A DNA stretch of 47,866 nt, taken from Octopus bimaculoides. Its lineage: Eukaryota. The DNA lies in contig NC_069004.1 in NCBI RefSeq assembly GCF_001194135.2, positions 25,065,857 to 25,113,722 of the forward strand, read 5' to 3'. The notes beneath the pieces were generated by a model that ran no database searches, had not been told where the DNA came from, and saw only the letters and a program-made list of their open reading frames with translations. A program made the position numbers and the translations under genes. This document shows, one piece after another, positions 22,121 to 34,128 of the stretch (position 1 is its first letter; every line of letters starts with the position of its first letter).

Positions 22121-22990
22121 ATCGTGACGAATTTTGTATTCGTTAGATGTTAGCATCCCGAAAAGAGATGGTCTAGTGTTTCGTAAAATGTATCGCAGAG
22201 TCTACATTTGGGGTCAGTACCATTTTGAAGAACATTAGTATTTTCTGGTAAGCAAGTTTTGATCTTGTGCCACTAATTTGAAACCTTCAGTCTCTACTTT
22301 CAGTCCTGAACTTCTCAGCCACTGGTGGATTGTTGCTTGGTCTATACCAGTATTTTGACATCAAAGTATATACTGTCTATGCAAGGGCTTCTGACTCCAT
22401 CTCTCTCCAATTTGTCTCTGCTTCTTGTTTTTGGCAGTCTGCTTGATTCCTTCTGTTTGCTTGGCGGCAGTGGTTCCAGGTTCTTCATCTAATCACGGTT
22501 CAATGCCAAGTTCCCTTGCAAATTTATAAACTTCCTTGACAAAAGAATGTGACTTTTTGCTGCTTTTATGTTTGTACACAAGCCGCAGCATCCAGTCCTC
22601 TGTACTAGATAAGTACCTGTTCATTGCTGTTGTGGATGTCTTAAAGTACGGTTCTAATTGCATCATTCCTCTTAACCCATTACTTCTAGTTAGGTACTGA
22701 CAATCAACGTCTGCTTTTGGGTGGTGCAATGTTCTTAGATGTCTATAATTATCTTGTCTTCCTGTTCAGGCGTTGGAACTCCGTAGGATACTAGTTAATG
22801 ATGTTAAAATTGTATTGGACAACTGGAAGTGCCTGGGTGTTAATGGCTTCGATGCAATTTTTCGAGTTGAGTTCAGTCTTCATTAAAAGTCTTATTCTCC
22901 AATAGTAACCCTTCCTTATTTTTTCTTTCATAAAGGTAGGAAGTATACCATCTTTTTCGTTTATTCCCAGGTATTTACTTGGACTATCAA
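22121..22990 (-). pseudogene. R4/Dong-type LINE ORF relic, from late RT through the CCHC zinc knuckle
   Basis: KYLGINEKDG..KTELNSKN.IEAIN..PVVQY, HHPKADVD..RSNGLRG, WLRSSGLKVETEG..AQDQ, KCRLC..ETLDHLFSGC..YKIRHD, with frameshifts and stops. Confidence 0.92.
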
Positions 22991-23195
22991 AGCCGCTCGT
23001 TTCGTGTCTGCAAAGATGCATCTGAAAAGCACCGTTCTTCTCTCCACTTCTTCAATTGCCTCTGATGGGACCGCCAGATTCGCAACTTGGAATAAAATAA
23101 TTGTTGAGGAAGGACACCAATTCTGGTGTAAATAAATATTTTGAATTGAACTTACTTAGAGCGTTCGAAAACACGTCCGATGTGTTGCGCAGCAA

Positions 23196-23197
<2 letters not shown>

Positions 23198-23268
<71 letters not shown>
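23198..23268. repeat. (AAT)n microsatellite
   Basis: Directly visible. Confidence 0.98.
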
Positions 23269-23269
<1 letters not shown>

Positions 23270-23583
23270 TCTCATAATACAAAGATCTGGAAATAGAAGT
23301 AACTCGAATGTGGAGCCTAAAAACAGAAACAATTTCTATAATAGCAGGTGCATTAGATAAGATAAATAAAGAAGCATTCAGACAAATGCATAACCAAAGC
23401 AACAGGACTTTTTGTTTATGACCGACAAAAAATAACACTGCTAGCTACTACACACATCCTCCGTAAAACGCTTTCAATACAGTGAATATCAGAGCAACAC
23501 TGCTCATACCCAGGACACACGAAGCTGCGCTCGGTAGTGCAGTGAAAACACGTGATAAAAATAAGACTACTGAAGAATAATAA
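23269..23583 (+). mobile_element. R4/Dong-type LINE 3' end, 5'-truncated, embedded in TAA repeats
   Basis: YKDLEIEVTRMWSLKTETISIIAGAL..QKITLLATTHILRKTLSIQ* (stop 23483-23485), then 3' UTR ending gactactgaagaataataa. Confidence 0.9.
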
Positions 23584-23593
23584 AAATATTCCA

Positions 23594-23724
23594 TCTTTAT
23601 GTTCTGAGTTCAAATCCCGCTAAAGTCGTCTTTGCTTTTTATCCTATCAGGATCGATAAAATAAATCGACTGGTCCCTTACCCCCACATTTTCAGGCTTT
23701 GTGCTTATTGTAGAAAGGATCATC
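23594..23724 (+). mobile_element. SINE family B fragment, tail type 1
   Basis: gttctgagttcaaatcccgc..ttgtgcttattgtagaaaggatc. Confidence 0.8.
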
Positions 23725-23743
23725 ATTTTTATTTTTGCTCCAA

Positions 23744-23950
23744 GGCGGCGAGCTGGCAGAATCGTTAGGACGCCGAGGCAAAACGCTTAGCAGTATTACG
23801 TTCTGAGTTCAAATTACGCCGAGGTCAACTTTGTCTTTCATCCTTTCGGGGTCGATAAATTAGGTACCAGTTACGCACTGGGATCGATATAATTGACTCA
23901 TCCCCTCACCCCAAAATTGCTGCCCTTGTGGCAAAATTTGAAACTATTGT
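23744..23950 (+). mobile_element. SINE family B, full-length, tail type 2
   Basis: ggcggcgagctggcagaatcg..gagttcaaatt..ttgtggcaaaatttgaaactatt. Confidence 0.92.
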
Positions 23951-24349
23951 TATTGTTATTGCTATTATTCTTATCATCATCAACATCATCATTTTCGTTC
24001 CGGTTGTTGACCTTTTTGCTCGATCGAACTAACATGGCCAGAATAATAATTATATGTGTGATCATCACATTCGCCCGTCTTGATTAACTAAATAGGTGGC
24101 TGGCAGTAGAATCGGACAGAGAGTTCGCCATACAACTCTTACACAATACGCATTTGCTTTTACTCTACGTTTCTTTTTACCATTTGTATTTATACTTTTT
24201 TGTACTTTTATCTTTTAATTTTAACTCCTATGAAATCGCTCCGTTTTCGTGTGTACTGTATCCTGTTCCACAAGAACCATGTACCACATTTAGAATCCAT
24301 TATATCGCTACATTCATTTCTATGAATACCAATGAAATGAAAAATGTGC

Positions 24350-24524
24350 TACTTAACCTTCGCTTTTCTTTTTTCTTTTTCTTTTTCCCCCTCTCATTTC
24401 CTTTTCTTCTCTTTATTTTTATTTCTTTTTCTTTCCTTTCTCTTTTAAAAATATTTTCTTCTTTTTCTCTATTTATTTCTGCATCTCGTTTTCATTTCTT
24501 CGTTTCTTCGTTTCTTCATGTCCT

Positions 24525-24567
<43 letters not shown>

Positions 24568-24946
24568 CGCTTGCACTTGTTCTCTTCTTTTTCTTTATTT
24601 CACTCCTTTTTCTTTCATTCTTTCTATCTCTCCCTCCCCCCTCTCTCTCTCTCTCACTTTCTTACTTTCTTCGTCTTTTGCTTTCTTTCCTTTTCTCTCT
24701 CAATCATTCTTTGTGTCTTCTCTTGCTTTCTTCATCTTCATCTTTGTTTCTCGTTCTTTCTGTCTTTCTTTCTTTCATTCTTTGTGTCTTCTCTTGCTTT
24801 CTTCATCTTCATCTTTCTTTCTCGTTCTTTCTGTCTTTCTTTCTTTCTTTCTTTCTTTCTTACTTTCTTCCTTCCTTCCTTTCTTTCTTTCAATCTGTCC
24901 CTCTCGCTCTTACATTCTTCATCTCCTGGTTTCTTTTCTTTCTCTG

Positions 24947-24978
<32 letters not shown>

Positions 24979-25117
24979 TCTTGCTCTCTTCGTCTTTTGC
25001 TTTCTCTTCTTTCCTCTCTATCGTTCTTTCCCTCTTTTCCGTTGCTTTCTTCATCTTTCTCTTTCTTTCCCTCTCTTCCATACATTCTTCATCTCCTGCT
25101 TTCTTCTTCCTCTCTTC

Positions 25118-25166
<49 letters not shown>

Positions 25167-25210
25167 GCTATCTCTCCCTCTTCGCCTCTCTCCTACACTC
25201 CTTTCTCTCT
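24350..25210. repeat. ~860-bp polypyrimidine (CT/CTTT) tract with an internal 71-bp tandem duplication
   Basis: Units 24705-24775 and 24776-24846 differ at one base. Confidence 0.95.
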
Positions 25211-25339
25211 AACGGTTTTACCAAAACTCCTTTAGAGAATAGACAACAGCAATTTCCGCACTGGATGTCTTTTTTAGTTGTGGAACTTTTCAGGTGAAAA
25301 AGTGAAGTATTGACAAAGCGGTTTGCAGAGGAAATTAGC

Positions 25340-25387
<48 letters not shown>

Positions 25388-25696
25388 ATATGAGTGTATG
25401 TGTGTATGTGTATTCTCATATCATCTGTATACTTCATTCGATAAATATGTAAGGCTAATACGTATATATGCTTGTGTGGCTACATCTGTGTGTGTGTGTA
25501 TGTATCTGAGTGCATGACTGAGAGAGAGAGAGTGTGTGTCTGTTTGTGTGTTTGTGTGTGTGTATGTGCATGTACATGTGTTTGTGTGTGCGGAGGGGAG
25601 TAATGTTTGTGTCTGTTTGTCTCTTTCAATTATTTAACTCCCTATCCCGCTTTCCCACTCCCGTCTCTCTTTCTCTGTCTGTTGTCTGTCTGCCTG

Positions 25697-25731
<35 letters not shown>

Positions 25732-26884
25732 CCGTACAAATTCAATGTTATTAAGCAGTATTCGAATATACCATGCATCATACAAGCAACAACACATATA
25801 TACAATCATACAATCATACAGTCACACATACAATCATACATTCTCTCCCCCCCTCTCTCTCCCCCNNNNNNNNNNNNNNNNNNNNNNNNNNNNNNNNNNN
25901 NNACACACACACACACACACATAAACGCACATACACACACATATATATGTGTATATATAAAACCAAGGAAAAGAAGGATTAAATTAGAAGCGCTCTGTAA
26001 GGAACAAACTTACTTAACTAAATTGCAGCTTTTGCAGCGAAAGCCACCGTGATCCACGCAGACCGTAAAATTACTTTCCGCTGCTTGTCCAATTTGTAAA
26101 TCTGACGTTGAAACACCAAATGAATTTAGTCACAGAGTATAGTGGAAAAACAAACAAAAATGTAGAATTGTGAACTATTTAATCGGCTTACGAACGTTTC
26201 GGATAGATTAGCAAATTCCAAAATTCATGCACATTAATCAATTGCATATCTGATCAAATAAGATTCTACCGAGGTAAAGAAATTTAACACAAACCTACCC
26301 ATAATCAAGCTACACCGCATTGCTTGCAATAGAAAACAATTTAAAGAGGATAGATAGTAAGAATAACAGTAATTGACCATTGAAAGGGGTAAGGTGTTTT
26401 TTTCAGCAGACCTACTCAAGGTTTGTATTTATCAGTTCATGATAGACTTGTAATATGATATTTATTTTCTGCAATCCCACTCGTTCTACTCGTCAACTTG
26501 AAGAATGTTTATGGCAAAATTCTTCTTCCTTTAAAGCTATCGCTGACTAATTAGAATACACAGAGGAGGTATTCAGCAGGATGGAAATGTCATTTGCTCA
26601 GTATTAATTCTAAATATAATCTATGAGTTGTAGAAGTCCGGTTGAGTTAATGACTGTTCCAAAAGAAAATAACCAATATATTACTGTTTTACGAAAAAAT
26701 TATGTCTAGTAAAAGAATAAACATTCAAAAATTATAATGATTGTAATATGAGTAAGAAAAATTAAGAGGAAAAAAGAATTTTAAGATTCAGTCAAAACCA
26801 GAGACATTTTGAAAATAAATTAGAAATAAAATTTTAAAATCAATTAAATAGCAATTAATCAAATTACAAAATTTTGGTCACGTT

Positions 26885-27001
26885 AAATTTGGTGGGGTGA
26901 GGTTGGGTGGACTAATCGATTACATCATATTTTACCAACCCTCAAGAGGATGAAAGGCAAGGTGGACCTCGGCGGAATTTGAACTCAGAACGTAAAGACG
27001 G
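26885..27001 (-). mobile_element. SINE family B fragment
   Basis: ggatgaaaggcaaggtggacctcggcggaatttgaactcagaacgt. Confidence 0.8.
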
Positions 27002-27949
27002 ATAACTGTAGGTCCCCGTAGATGTGCGTTTGTCTACGTGAATATTTCTCTCTTTTCTCTCTCCCTCTCTTTATCTGTCTCCCCTTCTTTCCACTCCGCC
27101 TTCTTTTTCTCCATCTCCCTCTCTCTCTCTCTGTTTCTGTCAATCTTTCCATCAATATAAGAACGAGAGTACTTCTCTCAACGTTTATTTGTGGAGAACA
27201 TATTTCCATGGCAGAAAACGTGCTTCATCTTATGATATATGAACGAGAGTATTTTAAAAAAAACTTTCTACTATTTCTTTCTTCTTTTCTTCTTCAGAGA
27301 ACACGAATCACAGTCCAACTAATTATTTTGTAACCAATTTCATCAACGGTCTAACATTTTTTTCCTATTATATATCAGTATTTGTAGGATATTTAACAAT
27401 AAGGCATCTGACAAATAATAACTTCATGCTGATGTTTTCATTATTATTTGTTCACTTTCAAGAGCCGTTGTTTGAATTATTAAATTAGTGTGATTTTGGT
27501 ATAGTTCCGGTGTGTCATTGTTCATAGATCTGATGGTGTTTGCTTGTTTGCTTGTTATTGTTATATATGTCGAATTTTCTTTGAATAAAGTTTCTCTACT
27601 CTTTGTCACCTCTCATTTTATCTGTCCGACTGTCTGTCTGTTTTTCTCTCTCTCTCCCTCCATATTTCTCTCACTCTCACTTTCTCTCTTTATATATGCA
27701 TACATATCTATACATTTATAATATAGGTAATACTTGTATATATATATATATATATATATCTTCGAAACGTCTAGTTAGAATAGAGACAGCTGACGAAGGA
27801 TTCATTCCAAGTGGCTATCTGTTTTCCTGTGTTCGTTCCGTTGTCTGTAGTTCATTGTTCTAACGTCCTATATCCTGATATGCATCTATATACATATGTA
27901 GATGTAAGTATGTACATATATGTGTGTATACATGCATATATATTCTTTG

Positions 27950-27983
<34 letters not shown>

Positions 27984-28566
27984 NNNNNNNNNNNNNNNNN
28001 NNNNNNNNNNNNNNNNNNNNNNNNNNNNNNNNNNNNNNNNNNNNNNNNNNNNNNNNNNNNNNNNNNNNNNNNNNNNNNNNNNNNNNNNNNNNNNNNNNNN
28101 NNNNNNNNNNNNNNNNNNNNNNNNNNNNNNNNNNNNNNNNNNNNNNNNNNNNNNNNNNNNNNNNNNNNNNNNNNNNNNNNNNNNNNNNNNNNNNNNNNNN
28201 NGGGGGGGGGACACATACGCCATAGAAACCGGGAAACCGGGCCCATGAGCCTGGCTAGGCTTTGAAAGGGCGACGTTTATCGTTATATAATATATATGCA
28301 TATATACATAACTTTCTCGTTCTCTTTCTTTCTCTCTTTAGAAATACACAAATATAGAAGGAAATAAATACATATACATACAAATATACATGCATACAAA
28401 CACAAACATATACGTGTGTATATAAGTGTATGTATGTACTTATGTTTTTAGTAATATTTGGTACAGGCAACAGAGTGGCTGAAAGGCCGAGAGTTTCGTG
28501 CACCAGCACTTATCAAATCTGTTCTTCGTTCCTATTTTCATCTTCAAATCTATATTTGTACATAAG

Positions 28567-28605
<39 letters not shown>

Positions 28606-30658
28606 AACAAATAGCGTTTGAGAACTTCGTGAATTCAGTAAGCTGAGTCACACGGTGTATCTTCTCATTCATCTTCCACCATGTTATTGAAGTATTAGGC
28701 TTCTGTTTGTATTCGTTCAGAATCAATTATTTTCTACCCACGTATTTGATATTACCAACTGATACCTTTTAATGTCATGTTATGAGGATATCATGTTATT
28801 TGATAGAGATTTCCAGTACGGCTTTCGGTGTGGCGGCTGAACAAGTTATATTAAAGAACTAATGAACGTATAATTTTCATTTGCTTGCTAAGCAAAGCCC
28901 ATCTTCAGTTACACTGGCAGCCATTTACTAACAAATCTAGTAAGAGTGACTAATTAAATATCTGCTGTTGCTGTTGTTGTTAGACCAAGGCAGATGATGC
29001 AAGTACTAAGATAAAATGATGAATTCTATCCTTCCCCCCAAGAATTTTCTTGTGTACTTTATTTCAGATTAGATAATTCAAAATGTCTTTACATATTTTT
29101 AATATAATAAGAATGTTTTAACCCTCGTTACCACTGTTGTAATGATTTTAATGTTGGATTATTATAACGCCCACTTCGGTATACAGTATGCTTAATAAAA
29201 CCAGTAAAGACACGACTATTTCTGATCGCCTACTACGCACTCTTTCTTTATTTTGGCATTACGGCCATTTCACAGAGGGGACAACACAAGGACAGACAGA
29301 ACACCACAGTGGGGACAAAAAACATAAAACGAATTAAAATGAAGATTTTATATAATAATGAAATTGAAATGGCTGCATCGGTCCCACTCCCATGCAATAC
29401 CATTTGAACGTTTAATACACTGTTTACAACCGTTCAATTTCCTTTACTTTTTCCTTACCGTCGTTTCTTTCTCTCTCTTTTTTAAAAATAAAACAATTTT
29501 ACTTTTTTTAATTTTTTCCAATAAACAATTTTACTTTTTTCCTCTTTTAGTATTTCATAAAAGGTTATGTAGGTTGAATTCTTTGATCGATTGATAGATT
29601 ACATGATAACAAAAACCTATCATCTAAGGATAAAAATTGAAACAGTTAAGGTATCAAGCAGGTGAAATTTTGTACATCGAAAATGATTCCAACACGTTGG
29701 AATCATTATGCTCGATTTATGAAATCTCATGTTTTACAAATTACCTTTTTAAAATTTTACTTGAAGATGGTGGATTCCATGTTATGATGTAATCTATAAA
29801 TACACTTATAAAATTGTAGTGAAACAGCTCTCGTAAATTTTAAGCGCCAATTGTATTCTCTTTTTATAACAACGCCGCATTTGGAACCAAACTCATTGTC
29901 ACTTCTACGATTTAAATTGGATTTGGCACTTAGATATCAGCAGTATCCTACCAACATGTGATAGCATTAAATGCTGTTGGAAAAATATTATTAGAAGATT
30001 TTATTCTTGAAAGTGGGAGTTGTGTTATTGTTTAGCGTTCTGTCAAGCGTGGAAATAATTTTATATAATCATTTGTGTTTAGTTTAAGAGCGTCAGATTC
30101 AGATGATGATATTGTTTCTATGGAAATTTGATTATTGTTGCGTTTTCTTGTCCACAAGAATATCAAATAACCATAATGGAAACCGAATAGAATTCCATAA
30201 GGACTTGTGGCAACATAGTCCTTTAGAGTCTCAAATCATAAATGTTAAAAGTTCTGAATATCAAACATCAATAACTATCCAAAAATCAGTTAGACATATG
30301 CTGGACGACTAATTATTTCATCTACTAAATAATTATATCTATTAGGAATTAACTATTGTATAACATCTAAATCGGGCATGGATGGGTTAATCAGTTATAA
30401 CGATATTCTCAGGGCTTTACGTGACGTACTGAACAGTTCGTGAACAACTCAACGTTATGTCCATCAATTTATTCTGACAATGAGAACAAGGATACCTTGA
30501 AATGTGACTAGACTATTGGATTTAGGCACGTTATTCACTTAAACTACAAGCGAAGATATAAGAAAGAAATATGAAAGAGCTTTAAAAATAAAAAAAATAA
30601 AACAAGATAGCTAGGCCATTTAATAAACAGTTGGCAATCAAAGCCGATTCCCAATTTT

Positions 30659-30720
<62 letters not shown>

Positions 30721-30855
30721 NNNNNNNNNNNNNNNNNNNNNNNNNNNNNNNNNNNNNNNNNNNNNNNNNNNNNNNNNNNNNNNNNNNNNNNNNNNNNNNN
30801 NNNNNNNNNNNNNNNNNNNNNNNNNNNNNNNNNNNNNNNNNNNNNNNNNNNNNNN

Positions 30856-30892
<37 letters not shown>

Positions 30893-30895
<3 letters not shown>

Positions 30896-31470
30896 GGTGT
30901 CCAAAACTTATTGTTATATTTAGGGGGTCGAGCGTTGCAATGCAATGGTAAAAGAAACACAATTATGACACTATCACATTTATTTTGATATGACCACCTG
31001 TTTCGAATCACAGCCTTAAGTCTACGTGTGAATGCTTCCCACACGGCACGAGAAATCGAAGCCCATTCCTGACGCAGTTTTGCCTTCAGAGTGTTGAGCG
31101 AAGCACGATGAGTGTTCGAGACCCTTGTCTTCAAAATAGACCAAACAGAAAAATCCAACGGGTTGAGATCAGGGCTTCTTGAGTGTCATACAGCCTTTCC
31201 TATGAACGCCGGTATGTTTTTTTCTGAATCCAGTGTTGTGTGTGTTTGGATTTGTGGGATGGTGCCTCGTCCTGTTGGAGGCTCCAGGAACGCCTTCAAA
31301 GTGCTGATTCGCCCATGGAAGCAGTTCAGCTTCCAGAATGTCGCTAAAGATTCGATAGGAACAAAAATGAGGGGAGACCTTCTAGTGGCTGTCACTGCTG
31401 CCCAAACCATAACTGACTGTAGGTTGTGACGTCGATTTATGGGCCAACCCACAACGGTTACTGATACATT
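30893..31470 (-). mobile_element. Tc1/mariner relic, probably DD37D (maT/Bmmar1-like)
   Basis: TA plus ca(t)ggtgtccaaaa end abutting (TA)n. Minus strand gives SVMVWAAVTATRRSPLIFVP and SPDLNPLDFSVWSIL; the third catalytic residue is D, not E. Confidence 0.85.
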
Positions 31471-31634
31471 CTAAATGCGATACATCAGAGGAGGTTTAGT
31501 GAAAGTGTAGCAAAGCAAACGCTGGTTTCCGAGCATAGTTGCAGCTCTAGGGCTGAAACTAGAAGGGGAAAAGAAAAAAGGGGAAAAAGGAATATATATA
31601 TATATATACATATATTTACACACACACACACACA

Positions 31635-31895
31635 TATGTACATTCACATTATTTACATTTGACGGATATTTGTCCTCATCTTCTTTGCTTTTAACACAAC
31701 GTTTCGGCTGATATACTCTCCAGCCTTCATCAGGTGTCTTGGGGAAATTTCGAACCTGGGTTCTCATTCCTAAGGAATTTTTCGGTGTTATTATTATTAT
31801 TATTATTATTGTTATTATTCAGATCACTGCCTGGAATCGAACTCGGAATTTTGGGGTTAGTAGCCTGCGCTCTTAACTACTACGCCATATGGCCG
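31635..31895 (-). mobile_element. Composite repeat: tRNA-like head, (AAT)n, Penelope-type end with hammerhead (left copy)
   Basis: Inverted near-copy of 31919-32232. Confidence 0.88.
31693..31738 (-). ncRNA. Minimal type-I hammerhead ribozyme motif (left copy)
   Basis: Minus strand: gacac CTGATGA a ggctg gagagtatat cagcc GAAA CGTT gtgtt. Confidence 0.78.
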
Positions 31896-31918
31896 TGAGC
31901 AATTATGGAGTGAATGTT

Positions 31919-32007
31919 CGGGCTTATGGCGTAGTGGTTAAGGGTGCGGGCTACTAACCCCAAGATTCCGAGTTCGATTCCAGGCAGTGACCTGAATACT
32001 GATAATA

Positions 32008-32084
<77 letters not shown>

Positions 32085-32232
32085 GATGGAAAAATACCTT
32101 AGGAATGAGAACCCAGGTTCAAATTTTCCCCAAGACACCTGATGAAGGCTGGAGGGTATATCAGCCGAAACGTTGTGTTAACAACACACAAAATGAGGAC
32201 AAATGTCCGTGAAATGTCAATAATGTACATAA
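31919..32232 (+). mobile_element. Composite repeat: tRNA-like head, (AAT)n, Penelope-type end with hammerhead (right copy)
   Basis: A box tggcgtagtgg, B box gagttcgattcc, anticodon-like loop ct-act-aa, then (AAT)n, then hammerhead-bearing tail. Confidence 0.88.
32134..32179 (+). ncRNA. Minimal type-I hammerhead ribozyme motif (right copy)
   Basis: gacac CTGATGA a ggctg gagggtatat cagcc GAAA CGTT gtgtt. Stem I is 4 WC pairs plus 1 GU, stem II is 5 bp, palindromic ACGT replaces stem III. Confidence 0.78.
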
Positions 32233-32689
32233 TTCCTCATCTCATAAATATAGAACTGTATATGTACATTCATATATATGTTAGTATATGTTTGTATGTG
32301 TATATATATATATATATATATACACTCATACATACATTCGTGTGTATTTCAGTGTATATTAAAGCGTGCAGAAAAGAGCATTTTATCGTAGTGTCCATGC
32401 ATGACAGCGTATATAATCCTGTTGTTTCCATAACCACAGTAATACATACTTATCGCATTACTGGTTCATGAGTACAAAATATCATGACATTAGTCAATCA
32501 ACAAATTAGTAATTTCTTCACAATTGCAACTAATAAATCCTATTGATTTTCCCTATTCAACTCCATGTTATTAGTAAGAACGTTGCTTATCATACAGAAC
32601 AACAAACCGCCATTTTTCATTCGGTAGGAGAAGCAGGAAAAGAAAAGTAGATTTGATTCTAATTAATTTTTTTGCCTTTATCTTTTATG

Positions 32690-32875
32690 TGTTTTAGTGA
32701 CTGAGCTGCGACCGAGCGGTGGGTAGGCTTTCAGAAGTTTGTAGTCGAACAAATCGACCACTGAAATTTTATTATCTTTTTCTAAAGTCCAATGCCTATT
32801 CTATTGCTTCGCATTGACTGAACCGCAAGTTTACGGGGACCTACACTTTGCAACAACCTGATGTGGGGTACATTC
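32690..32875 (-). mobile_element. SINE family A, highly degenerate fragment
   Basis: tagtcgaacaaatcgacc..tattctatt..gaaccgcaagtttacggggac. Confidence 0.55.
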
Positions 32876-33028
32876 ATACTAGTATAAACCGCAGGACGAT
32901 GTATGTATGTGTATGTATGTATGTATGTATGTATATGTGTATGTTTGTATGCATGTATGTATATGTGTATGTGTGTATATATTTATGTGTGTATGTGTGT
33001 ATATATGTTTTGTAGAATGATACGTTAA

Positions 33029-33228
33029 GGCGGCGAGCTGGCAGAAACGTTAGCACGCCGGGCGAAATGCTAAGCGGTATTTCATCTGCCGCTACGTTAT
33101 GAGTTCAAATTCCGCCGAGGTCGATTTTGCCTTTCATCCTTTCGGGGTCGATATAATCGACTTAATCCGTTTGTCTGTCCTTCTTTGTCCACTCTGTGCG
33201 TAGCCCCCTAGTGGGCGGTGAAGAAATA
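33029..33228 (+). mobile_element. SINE family B, full-length, tail type 3
   Basis: Perfect 15-bp TSD agaatgatacgttaa (33014-33028, 33229-33243). Confidence 0.95.
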
Positions 33229-33736
33229 AGAATGATACGTTAAAATTTCTTATGAGTTCTACCGGACCGGATTCCTTGAATCCACATACAGCGAATGTAT
33301 GTGCGGGTTTGTGTGTGTATATGCGTTAATATGTCTCTCCTGAAAATATCTTCATTATTCCACTCTACCTATCAATCTCCCACTCTCCCCCTCTTACTTT
33401 CTTTCAGCTATTCCCTAATTATTCTATCATAATTTGACGACGACGTAATTGCATCACAGTCAATTGATTCGTGTCCCGTCACGTGATATGTTTTCTATGA
33501 CGTTTTCATCTGCAACTTCTTCACGTGAAGAAACTCGTCTTAGAAAATATATTCGTTCCGGCGTTTGCTATGAAACGGTTTGTTTTGGATTTCCATCAAT
33601 TTTTCTTTCTTCTACTTTGTTTATTAATTCTAATTTTCAACTTTTACAGTTTGTTTTCAAAATGTAGTTTGTGTTTCTTCTCACTTTTCTAAAAACCGTT
33701 TCATTTGTAACATTTTCCCAATTGAAAACATTACTC

Positions 33737-34128
33737 TTCTACTTGTTCCAGTCATTTGACTGTGGCCATGCTGGAGCACCGCCTCTAGTCGAGCAAATCG
33801 ACCCCAAGACTTATTCTTTGTAAGTCTAGTAGTTATTCTATCGGTCTCTTTTGTCGAACGACTAGGTTACGTGGACATAAACACACCAGCATCGGTTATC
33901 AAGCGAGGTTAGAGGGAGAAACACACAAACATATACACACATACATATATATACATACATATATATACGACGGGCTTCTTTCAGTTTCTGTCTACCAAAT
34001 CCACTCACAAGGCTTTGGTCGGCCTGAGGGCTATAGTAGAAGACACTTGCCCAAGATGCCACTCAGTGGGACTGAACCCAGAACCATGTGGTTCGTAAGC
34101 AAGCTACTTACCACGCAGCCACTCCTAC
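33737..34128 (-). mobile_element. SINE family A, full-length
   Basis: Minus head ggagtggctgcgtgg..gggttcagtccc, then cttgggcaagtgtcttc (CORE-like by recollection), internal (TA/TG)n, and 3' end. Confidence 0.95.

Noticed and set aside
25239-25300. 58-nt candidate exon after the polypyrimidine tract (ctttag/..CAG/gtgaaa)
   Set aside because: Non-consensus donor and unrecognised peptide; any AG after such a tract looks like an acceptor.
26185-26215. GAAACGTT on the minus strand
   Set aside because: No CUGANGA core or stems nearby.
27760-27830. Hammerhead-like agacag-CTGACGA-a-gga(ttcat)tcc with an upstream GAAACGTC
   Set aside because: No GAAA after stem II, and the upstream GAAACGTC cannot form stem I in a permuted fold. 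At most a decayed Penelope-type end.
29683-29704. Palindrome gattccaac-ac-gttggaatc
   Set aside because: An isolated 9-bp stem is expected by chance in 48 kb and has no supporting context.
31919-31990. tRNA gene calls for the SINE heads (also 5130-5209, 33029-33120, 34060-34128, 35920-35994)
   Set aside because: A and B boxes are present, but there is no complete acceptor stem and each continues into repeat body sequence.
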